Assembly (NCBI GenBank): GCA_964057225.1
Contig: OZ059896.1
Span: 2,604,001-2,668,000, forward strand
Direction: 5' to 3'
Length of the DNA: 64,000 bases
Source of the DNA: Auanema rhodensis
Taxonomy: Eukaryota; Animalia; Nematoda
Within the stretch, counting starts at the first letter, position 1, and the number at the start of each line of letters is the position of its first letter. The position numbers and the translations under genes were made by a program. Below are positions 30,501 to 40,600 of the stretch, piece by piece. Under the pieces are notes generated by a model, which had not been told where the DNA came from, did not search any database, and saw only the letters and a program-made list of their open reading frames with translations.

Positions 30501-32298
30501 ATGAACCAATATCAATGAAAATTTGTTTTTAGACTAATATGGACATGGGGAATCTAATTTTGAAAACCGCATCTCTTTATCTTTCACGTGAAGCGAGTTA
30601 CATATAAAGTGCACATCACGTGTACATTTAATTAGCATAAATTAAAGTTCACGTAAATTTCAAAGTCATGGTTACCATGAACCAATATCAATAAAAATTT
30701 GTTTTTAAACTAATATGGACATGGGGAATCTAATTTTGAAAACCGCATCTCTTTATCTTTCAAGTGAAGCGAGTTACATACCTAGTGCACATCACGTGTA
30801 CATTTAATTAGCATAAATTAAAGTTCACGCAAATTTCAAAGTCATGGTTACCATGAACCAATATCAATAAAAATTTGTTTTTAGACTAATTTGGACATGG
30901 GGATTCTAATTTTGAAAACCGCATCTCTTTATCTTTCACGTGAAGCGAGTTACATACCTAGTGCACATCACGTGTACATTTAATTAGCATAAATTAAAGT
31001 TCACGTAAATTTCAAAGTCATGGTTACCATGAACCAATATCAATAAAAATTTGTTTTTAGACTAATTTGGACATGGGGATTCTAATTTTGAAAACCGCAT
31101 CTCTTTATCTTTCACGTGAAGCGAGTTACATACCTAGTGCACATCACGTGTACATTTAATTAGCATAAGTTGAAGTTCACGTAAATTTCAAAGTCATGGT
31201 TACCATGAACCAATATCAATGAAAATTTGTTTTTAGACTAATATGGACATGGGGAATCTAATTTTGAAAACCGCATCTCTTTATCTTTCACGTGAAGCGA
31301 GTTACATATAAAGTGCACATCACGTGTACATTTAATTAGCATAAATTAAAGTTCACGTAAATTTCAAAGTCATGGTTACCATGAACCAATATCAATAAAA
31401 ATTTGTTTTTAAACTAATATGGACATGGGGAATCTAATTTTGAAAACCGCATCTCTTTATCTTTCAAGTGAAGCGAGTTACATACCTAGTGCACATCACG
31501 TGTACATTTAATTAGCATAAATTAAAGTTCACGCAAATTTCAAAGTCATGGTTACCATGAACCAATATCAATAAAAATTTGTTTTTAGACTAATTTGGAC
31601 ATGGGGATTCTAATTTTGAAAACCGCATCTCTTTATCTTTCACGTGAAGCGAGTTACATACCTAGTGCACATCACGTGTACATTTAATTAGCATAAATTA
31701 AAGTTCACGTAAATTTCAAAGTCATGGTTACCATGAACCAATATCAATAAAAATTTGTTTTTAGACTAATTTGGACATGGGGATTCTAATTTTGAAAACC
31801 GCATCTCTTTATCTTTCACGTGAAGCGAGTTACATACCTAGTGCACATCACGTGTACATTTAATTAGCATAAATTAAAGTTCACGTAAATTTCAAAGTCA
31901 TGGTTACCATGAACCAATATCAATAAAAATTTGTTTTTAAACTAATATGGACATGGGGAATCTAATTTTGAAAACCGCATCTCTTTATCTTTCACGTGAA
32001 GCGAGTTACATACCTAGTGCACATCACGTGTACATTTAATTAGCATAAATTAAAGTTCACGTAAATTTCAAAGTCATGGTTACCATGCACCAATATCAAT
32101 AAAAGTTTGTTTTTAGACTAATATGGACATGGGGAATCTAATTTTGAGAACCGCATCTCTTTATCTTTCACGTGAAGCGAGTTACATATAAAGTGCACAT
32201 CACGTGTACATTTAATTAGCATAAATTAAAGTTCACGTAAATTTCAAAGTCATGGTTACCATGAACCAATATCAATAAAAATTTGTTTTTAGACTAAT

Positions 32299-34113
32299 AT
32301 GGACATGGGGAATCTAATTTTGAAAACCGCATCTCTTTATCTTTCACGTGAAGCGAGTAACATACCAAGTGCACATCACATTGCTTCAACCAATAACTCC
32401 AAACGTTTTTATCGCTTCTGTAGAACTCGTCTCGGTGGATGCTCTTCAGATATCCCCACGATCAGATGTGGCGAAGAAGTATACTCCACAGACACAGACA
32501 AAGCTTCCATCTTTGCAGGCTCCTTCTCTGTTAAACCAAGTACTTCATCTGATTTAATCAACACCTCTTCTTGCCCTTCTTCTATCATTGATTTTATAGA
32601 CATTTCTCCCGAAAAAGTCTATAAAGTTCTTTCTCATCTTCCTCTTAGAGTCTCTACTTCTTCTGACGGCATTCCCTACTACTTTCTCAATCAGTGCGCC
32701 TCTACTCTTTGCTACCCACTTGCCTTTATCTTTCACAATCTACTTGTTTCTTCTTCATGCCCTCCGGACTGGAAGAGAGCTTGGATCCGTCCTGTTTTCA
32801 AATCCGGAAATCGCTCTAATCCTTCAAATTATCGCCCTATCTCATTAACACCAAGTCTTTCTAAAGTTTTTGAACGACTCATCTCACCTCCACTTCTCCA
32901 CTTTGGCATTTCAACTGGATCTATATCTGCCCACCAACACGCTTTTCGTCCTAAACGTAATACCATATCAGCAATCATTAACAATCATATTGCTTGGAGA
33001 TCATGTTTAGATAAAAACATACCAGTCTATACTGCTTTCATAGACTTCTCTAAAGCTTTTGATCTAATTGATCACTCGGTTCTTTTTCACAAATTTAAAA
33101 CTATTGGTATCTGCGGTTCTCTTCAAACCTTCCTTAAAAACTTCATCACTGGTAGATCTTACTCAGTTCTTGTCAATGGTTCTTTCTCCACTTCTGTTAA
33201 CTTATCTTGTGGTGTTCCACAAGGCACTGTTTTGGGCCCTCTCCTATTCCTTTTCTACATTAATGACATTACGTCTTCTCTCCCTGAAGATGTTCATCCT
33301 ACACTTTTTGCCGATGATCTCAAGTTATACAGTACTAATCCGGTAAGTCTACAGATTGCCTTAAACACAATCAACGCTTGGTGTAAAAATAATGGAATGA
33401 TGGTCAACACCACCAAATCCAAAATTATGATAGTTTGCAATAATAGCTCAACCCTCAATACCATTGAGCCATTTACCTTTGGTGAGTTTCCTTTGAACTT
33501 TGTGCTCCATTATAAAGATCTTGGTGTTCTAACTGATTACAATCTTACATTTGATAGTCACATAAACGCCATCAGTTGCGCCGCTGCCCTTAAATGTCGC
33601 ATCCTTCTACGCTGCTTTCACTCTAGGTCACCTCCATTTATGTTTAACCTTTTTTGCAGCTACGTCCGACCAATCCTTGAATATGCATCCGTGATATGGT
33701 CTCCTCAAGTATCCAAAAAAATATCTCGTATTGAGATGGTTCAGAAAAAATTCCTACGAGCAGTCTTCTCAAGAGCAGGAATTTTTTCAGACTACAAAAG
33801 TCAGCTCACTTTTTTGAATGCTCAAGAACTATCAACCAGAAGACAGGTAACTGATCTAGGTTTTTATTTTTCTCAAATTAAAGACGTATCAACTGACAGT
33901 ATTTTAAGAATTTTTCAAGCTAAACATTTCACACACTCTCTTCGCAGACACCAATGGAATATCGACTATCCTGATCTTCGGAAAGTTGCAACAAGGAATG
34001 GTATCGAGTACAGAGGCATCAAAACTTGGAACGATTTACCTGAAAACCTTGTCAACCTTACTAATGTTCATAATTTCAAGAAACATTTACTCTCTGCTCC
34101 AATAGATTTGTAA
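32299..34113 (+). CDS. Chimeric ORF: 27 satellite-derived codons fused to 577 aa of LINE ORF2 (linker, RT domain and C-terminal region; APE endonuclease missing)
   Basis: Non-LTR RT motifs are present: DGIP, CPPDWKRAWIRPVFKSG, NYRPISLT, QHAFR, FIDFSKAFD, GVPQGTVLGPLLFLFYINDI, catalytic FADD (33307-33318) and KDLGV. CR1-like C-terminal motifs include YVRPILEYASVIWSP, IEMVQKKF and WNDLP. There are no stops or frameshifts. The start ATG lies in the satellite, so translation is unproven. Confidence 0.85.
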   Translation: MDMGNLILKTASLYLSREASNIPSAHHIASTNNSKRFYRFCRTRLGGCSSDIPTIRCGEEVYSTDTDKASIFAGSFSVKPSTSSDLINTSSCPSSIIDFIDISPEKVYKVLSHLPLRVSTSSDGIPYYFLNQCASTLCYPLAFIFHNLLVSSSCPPDWKRAWIRPVFKSGNRSNPSNYRPISLTPSLSKVFERLISPPLLHFGISTGSISAHQHAFRPKRNTISAIINNHIAWRSCLDKNIPVYTAFIDFSKAFDLIDHSVLFHKFKTIGICGSLQTFLKNFITGRSYSVLVNGSFSTSVNLSCGVPQGTVLGPLLFLFYINDITSSLPEDVHPTLFADDLKLYSTNPVSLQIALNTINAWCKNNGMMVNTTKSKIMIVCNNSSTLNTIEPFTFGEFPLNFVLHYKDLGVLTDYNLTFDSHINAISCAAALKCRILLRCFHSRSPPFMFNLFCSYVRPILEYASVIWSPQVSKKISRIEMVQKKFLRAVFSRAGIFSDYKSQLTFLNAQELSTRRQVTDLGFYFSQIKDVSTDSILRIFQAKHFTHSLRRHQWNIDYPDLRKVATRNGIEYRGIKTWNDLPENLVNLTNVHNFKKHLLSAPIDL

Positions 34114-34607
34114 ACCAAATACTGTAGATAATGTTCTCACCCCTCAAAAATCTTTTTTGTTTTCTATTTTATCAGGCTTTTTTTTATTTGTAGTTCGTTC
34201 TTTTTCACACTTGTTTATGACCACATGGCAACAGTCCACCATTTATTTTTCTTTGTCCCTTCTGAACTCTTGTTACTTCGTCACTATTCCTATAGACATT
34301 AGTCATACGGATCGGGCGCTAGTTACCTCCAAATTGCTAGAACGGGCTTGCCTCAGATCACGAGTACCACCGTACCTAACAACCACACTAGTGAGGTCAG
34401 CCATCGTGCTGAACAAACCCCATGCATACAACAAGAATTTTACTTGGCGGACTGTTCACTATTGATCTTAAATAAGCGAGCTCTTATCGAACTGGCAATA
34501 TTAAAAATCCTTTTTCATGTTCTTATTGAATGGTTCTTAATTTTTTTCACTCAATTACTTAACAGCTATTTGTCTTAACCTGTGATATTGAACAATAAAC
34601 ATTAAAC
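32380..34607 (+). mobile_element. 5'-truncated non-LTR retrotransposon (LINE, CR1/T1-like within the Jockey group), net 2,228 bp
   Basis: Unique sequence lies between satellite ...GCACATCAC (32379) and GTGTAC... (34608). It holds a LINE-type RT frame that is open from its first base, a 3' UTR, AATAAA at 34594-34599 and a short repeat-like tail AATAAAC/ATTAAAC. There are no LTRs or TIRs. The terminal AC (34606-34607) could be a 2-bp TSD or microhomology, in which case the element ends at 34605. Confidence 0.93.
34114..34607 (+). other. LINE 3' UTR with nested inverted repeats, poly(A) signal and short-repeat tail
   Basis: It follows the TAA stop at 34111-34113 and has T-rich flanks around a GC-richer core (~34300-34460). 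Complementary segments are 34230-34241/34445-34456 and 34264-34274/34430-34440. A terminal TATTG-AA-CAATA inverted repeat is at 34586-34597 and AATAAA at 34594-34599. Confidence 0.8.
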
Positions 34608-37600
34608 GTGTACATTTAATTAGCATAAATTAAAGTTCACGTAAATTTCAAAGTCATGGTTACCATGAACCAATATCAATAAAAATTTGTTTTTAAACTA
34701 ATATGGACATGGGGAATCTAATTTTGAAAACCGCATCTCTTTATCTTTCAAGTGAAGCGAGTTACATACCAAGTGCACATCACGTGTACATTTAATTAGC
34801 ATAAATTAAAGTTCACGTAAATTTCAAAGTCATGGTTACCATGAACCAATATCAATAAAAATTTGTTTTCAAACTAATATGGACATGGGGATTCTAATTT
34901 TGAAAACCACATCTCTTTATCTTTCACGTGAAGCGAGTTACATACCTAGTGCACATCACGTGTACATTTAATTAGCATAAATTAAAGTTCACGTAAATTT
35001 CAAAGTCATGGTTACCATGAACCAATATCAATAAAAATTTGTTTTTAGACTAATTTGGACATGGGGAATCTAATTTTGAAAACCGCATCTCTTTATCTTT
35101 CAAGTGAAGCGAGTTACATACCAAGTGCACATCACGTGTACATTTAATTAGCATAAATTAAAGTTCACGTAAATTTCAAAGTCATGGTTACCATGAACCA
35201 ATATCAATAAAAATTTGTTTTTAGACTAATATGGACATGGGGAATCTAATTTTGAAAACCGCATCTCTTTATCTTTCAAGTGAAGCGAGTTACATACCAA
35301 GTGCACATCACGTGTACACTTAATTAGCATAAATTAAAGTTCACGTAAATTTCAAAGTCATGGTTACCATGCACCAATATCAATGAAAATTTGTTTTTAG
35401 ACTAATATGGACATGGGGAATCTAATTTTGAAAACCGCATCTCTTTATCTTTCACGTGAAGCGAGTTACATATAAAGTGCACATCACGTGTACATTTAAT
35501 TAGCATAAATTAAAGTTCACGTAAATTTCAAAGTCATGGTTACCATGAACCAATATCAATAAAAATTTGTTTTTAGACTAATATGGACATGGGGAATCTA
35601 ATTTTGAAAACCGCATCTCTTTATCTTTCACGTGAAGCGAGTAACATACCAAGTGCACATCACGTGTACATTTAATTAGCATAAATTAAAGTTCACGTAA
35701 ATTTCAAAGTCATGGTTACCATGAACCAATATCAATAAAAATTTGTTTTTAAACTAATATGGACATGGGGAATCTAATTTTGAAAACCGCATCTCTTTAT
35801 CTTTCAAGTGAAGCGAGTTACATACCAAGTGCACATCACGTGTACATTTAATTAGCATAAATTAAAGTTCACGTAAATTTCAAAGTCATGGTTACCATGA
35901 ACCAATATCAATAAAAATTTGTTTTCAAACTAATATGGACATGGGGATTCTAATTTTGAAAACCACATCTCTTTATCTTTCACGTGAAGCGAGTTACATA
36001 CCTAGTGCACATCACGTGTACATTTAATTAGCATAAATTAAAGTTCACGTAAATTTCAAAGTCATGGTTACCATGAACCAATATCAATAAAAATTTGTTT
36101 TTAGACTAATTTGGACATGGGGAATCTAATTTTGAAAACCGCATCTCTTTATCTTTCAAGTGAAGCGAGTTACATACCAAGTGCACATCACGTGTACATT
36201 TAATTAGCATAAATTAAAGTTCACGTAAATTTCAAAGTCATGGTTACCATGAACCAATATCAATAAAAATTTGTTTTTAAACTAATATGGACATGGGGAA
36301 TCTAATTTTGAAAACCGCATCTCTTTATCTTTCACGTGAAGCGAGTTACATACCTAGTGCACATCACGTGTACATTTAATTAGCATAAGTTGAAGTTCAC
36401 GTAAATTTCAAAGTCATGGTTACCATGAACCAATATCAATGAAAATTTGTTTTTAGACTAATATGGACATGGGGAATCTAATTTTGAAAACCGCATCTCT
36501 TTATCTTTCACGTGAAGCGAGTTACATATAAAGTGCACATCACGTGTACATGTAATTAGCATAAATTAAAGTTCACGTAAATTTCAAAGTCATGGTTACC
36601 ATGCACCAATATCAATGAAAATTTGTTTTTAGACTAATATGGACATGGGGAATCTAATTTTGAAAACCGCATTTCTTTATCTTTCAAGTGAAGCGAGTTA
36701 CATACCAAGTGCACATCACGTGTACACTTAATTAGCATAAATTAAAGTTCACGTAAATTTCAAAGTCATGGTTACCATGCACCAATATCAATGAAAATTT
36801 GTTTTTAGACTAATATGGACATGGGGAATCTAATTTTGAAAACCGCATCTCTTTATCTTTCAAGTGAAGCGAGTTACATACCAAGTGCACATCACGTGTA
36901 CATTTAATTAGCATAAATTAAAGTTCACGTAAATTTCAAATTCATGGTTACCATGAACCAATATCAATAAAAATTTGTTTTTAAACTAATATGGACATGG
37001 GGATTCTAATTTTGAAAACCGCATCTCTTTATCTTTCACGTGAAGCGAGTTACATACCTAGTGCACATCACGTGTACATTTAATTAGCATAAATTAAAGT
37101 TCACGTAAATTTCAAAGTCATGGTTACCATGAACCAATATTAATAAAAATTGGTTTTTAGACTAATATGGACATGAGGAATCTAATTTTGAAAACTGCAT
37201 CTCTTTATCTTTCACGTGAAGCGAGTTACATACCAAGTGCACATCACGTGTACACTTAATTAGCATAAATTAAAGTTCACGTTAATTTCAAAGTCATGGT
37301 TACCATGAACCAATATCAATAAAAACTTGTTTTTAGACTAATATGGACATGGGGAATCTAATTTTGAAAACCGCATCTCTTTATCTTTCACGTGAAGCGA
37401 GTTACATATAAAGTGCACATCACGTGTACATTTAATTAGCATAAATTAAAGTTCACGTAAATTTCAAAGTCATGGTTACCATGCACCAATATTAATAAAA
37501 ATTTGTTTTTAGACTAATATGGACATGGGGAATCTAATTTTGAAAACCGCATCTTTTTATCTTTCACGTGAAGCGAGTTACATACCAAGTGCACATCACG

Positions 37601-40600
37601 TGTACACTAAATTAGCATAAATTAAAGTTCACGTTAATTTCAAAGTCATGGTTACCATGCACCAATATCAATAAAAATTTGTTTTTAGACTAATTTGGAC
37701 ATGGGGAATCTAATTTTGAAAACCGCATCTCTTTATCTTTCACGTGAGGCGAGTTACATACCAAGTGCACATCACGTGTACATTTAATTAGCATAAATTA
37801 AAGTTCACGTAAATTTCAAAGTCATGGTTACCATGAACCAATATCAATAAAAATTTGTTTTTAGACTAATATGGACATGGGGAATCTAATTTTGAAAACC
37901 GCATCTCTTTATCTTTCAAGTGAAGCGAGTTACATACCAAGTGCACATCACGTGTACATTTAATTAGCATAAATTAAAGTTCACGTAAATTTCAAAGTCA
38001 TGGTTACCATGAACCAATATCAATAAAAATTTGTTTTTAGACTAATATGGACATGGGGAATCTAATTTTGAAAACCGCATCTCTTTATCTTTCAAGTGAA
38101 GCGAGTTACATACCAAGTGCACATCACGTGTACATTTAATTAGCATAAATTAAAGTTCACGTAAATTTCAAATTCATGGTTACCATGAACCAATATCAAT
38201 AAAAATTTGTTTTTAAACTAATATGGACATGGGGATTCTAATTTTGAAAACCGCATCTCTTTATCTTTCACGTGAAGCGAGTTACATACCTAGTGCACAT
38301 CACGTGTACATTTAATTAGCATAAATTAAAGTTCACGTAAATTTCAAATTCATGGTTACCATGAACCAATATCAATAAAAATTTGTTTTTAAACTAATTT
38401 GGACATGGGGAATCTAATTTTGAAAACCGCATCTCTTTATCTTTCAAGTGAAGCGAGTTACATACCTAGTGCACATCACGTGTACATTTAATTAGCATAA
38501 ATTAAAGTTCACGTAAATTTCAAATTCATGGTTACCATGAACCAATATCAATAAAAATTTGTTTTTAAACTAATATGGACATGGGGAATCTAATTTTGAA
38601 AACCGCATCTCTTTATCTTTCACGTGAAGCGAGTTACATACCTAGTGCACATCACGTGTACATTTAATTAGCATAAATTAAAGTTCACGTAAATTTCAAA
38701 TTCATGGTTACCATGAACCAATATCAATAAAAATTTGTTTTTAAACTAATATGGACATGGGGATTCTAATTTTGAAAACCGCATCTCTTTATCTTTCACG
38801 TGAAGCGAGTTACCTACCTAGTGCACATCACGTGTACATTTAATTAGCATAAATTAAAGTTCACGTAAATTTCAAAGTCATGGTTACCATGAACCAATAT
38901 CAATAAAAATTTGTTTTTAGACTAATTTGGACATGGGGAATCTAATTTTGAAAACCGCATCTCTTTATCTTTCACGTGAAGCGAGTTACATACCAAGTGC
39001 ACATCACGTGTACATTTAATTAGCATAAATTAAAGTTCACGTAAATTTCAAAGTCATGGTTACCATGAACCAATATCAATAAAAATTTGTTTTTAGACTA
39101 ATTTGGACATGGGGAATCTAATTTTGAAAACCGCATCTCTTTATCTTTCACGTGAAGCGAGTTACATACCAAGTGCACATCACGTGTACATTTAATTAGC
39201 ATAAATTAAAGTTCACGTAAATTTCAAAGTCATGGTTACCATGAACCAATATCAAGAAAAATTTGTTTTTAAACTAATATGGACATGGGGAATCTAATTT
39301 TGAAAACCGCATCTCTTTATCTTTCACGTGAAGCGAGTTACATACCAAGTGCACATCACGTGTACATTTAATTAGCATAAATCAAAGTTCACGTAAATTT
39401 CAAAGTCATGGTTACCATGAACCAATATCAATAAAAATTTGTTTTTAGACTAAATTGGACATGGGGAATCTAATTTTGAAAACCGCATCTTTTTATCTTT
39501 CACATGAAGCGAGTTACATACCAAGTGCACATCACGTGTACACTAAATTAGCATAAATTAAAGTTCACGTTAATTTCAAAGTCATGGTTACCATGAACCA
39601 ATATCAATAAAAATTTGTTTTTAGACTAATATGGACATGGGGAATCTAATTTTGAAAACCGCATCTCTTTATCTTTCAAGTGAAGCGAGTTACATACCAA
39701 GTGCACATCACGTGTACATTTAATTAGCATAAATTAAAGTTCACGTAAATTTCAAATTCATGGTTACCATGAACCAATATCAATAAAAATTTGTTTTTAA
39801 ACTAATATGGACATGGGGAATCTAATTTTGAAAACCGCATCTCTTTATCTTTCACGTGAAGCGAGTTACATACCTAGTGCACATCACGTGTACATTTAAT
39901 TAGCATAAATTAAAGTTCACGTAAATTTCAAATTCATGGTTACCATGAACCAATATCAATAAAAATATGTTTTTAGACTAATTTGGACATGGGGATTCTA
40001 ATTTTGAAAACCGCATCTCTTTATCTTTCACGTGAAGCGAGTTACATACCTAGTGCACATCACGTGTACATTTAATTAGCATAAATTAAAGTTCACGTAA
40101 ATTTCAAAGTCATGGTTACCATGAACCAATATCAATAAAAATATGTTTTTAGACTAATTTGGACATGGGGAATCTAATTTTGAAAACCGCATCTCTTTAT
40201 CTTTCACGTGAAGCGAGTTACATACCAAGTGCACATCACGTGTACACTTAATTAGCATAAATTAAAGTTCACGTAAATTTCAAAGTCATGGTTACCATGC
40301 ACCAATATCAATAAAAATTTGTTTTTAGACTAATATGGACATGGGGAATCTAATTTTGAAAACCGCATCTTTTTATCTTTCACGTGAAGCGAGTTACATA
40401 CCAAGTGCACATCACGTGTACACTTAATTAGCATAAATTAAAGTTCACGTAAATTTCAAAGTCATGGTTACCATGAACCAATATCAATAAAAATTTGTTT
40501 TTAGACTAATATGGACATGGGGAATCTAATTTTGAAAACTGCATCTCTTTATCTTTCAAGTGAAGCGAGTTACATACCAAGTGCACATCACGTGTACATT

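Larger units (their letters stand above)
1..32379 (+). repeat. 176-bp tandem satellite array, left arm (184 full monomers plus the first 19 bp of the interrupted monomer)
   Basis: The monomer CATACC(T/A)AGTGCACATCACGTGTACATTTAATTAGC...CTTTCACGTGAAGCGAGTTA recurs at 1, 177, ... 881 and onward. Phase arithmetic closes exactly: 32360 bp plus 24 bp of net indels = 184 x 176. Monomers differ at only a few positions. Confidence 0.99.

Noticed and set aside
32348-33346. Small overlapping ORFs (60-92 aa) on both strands
   Set aside because: They are shadow frames of the RT coding sequence with no motifs.
34300-34460. Hammerhead or HDV-like ribozyme, tRNA-derived SINE, or telomerase-RNA template in the UTR
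   Set aside because: I could not find a CUGANGA/GAAA core, an HDV P1-P3-P1.1 arrangement, convincing Pol III A/B boxes or a repeated telomeric template by eye. Only the generic structure is reported.
34157-34578. ORFs of 102 aa and 76 aa downstream of the RT
   Set aside because: They lie in the 3' UTR and begin at non-ATG (TTG) codons. They are Phe/Leu-rich because of T-tracts and have no recognisable domain.
34474-34590. Short UTR-satellite matches (AAGCGAG; TGATATTG complementary to CAATATCA)
   Set aside because: Matches of 7-8 bp are expected by chance in AT-rich sequence.
32380-34607. LTR retrotransposon, Penelope-like element or telomerase
   Set aside because: There are no LTRs, protease, RNase H, integrase, GIY-YIG or TERT-specific motifs.
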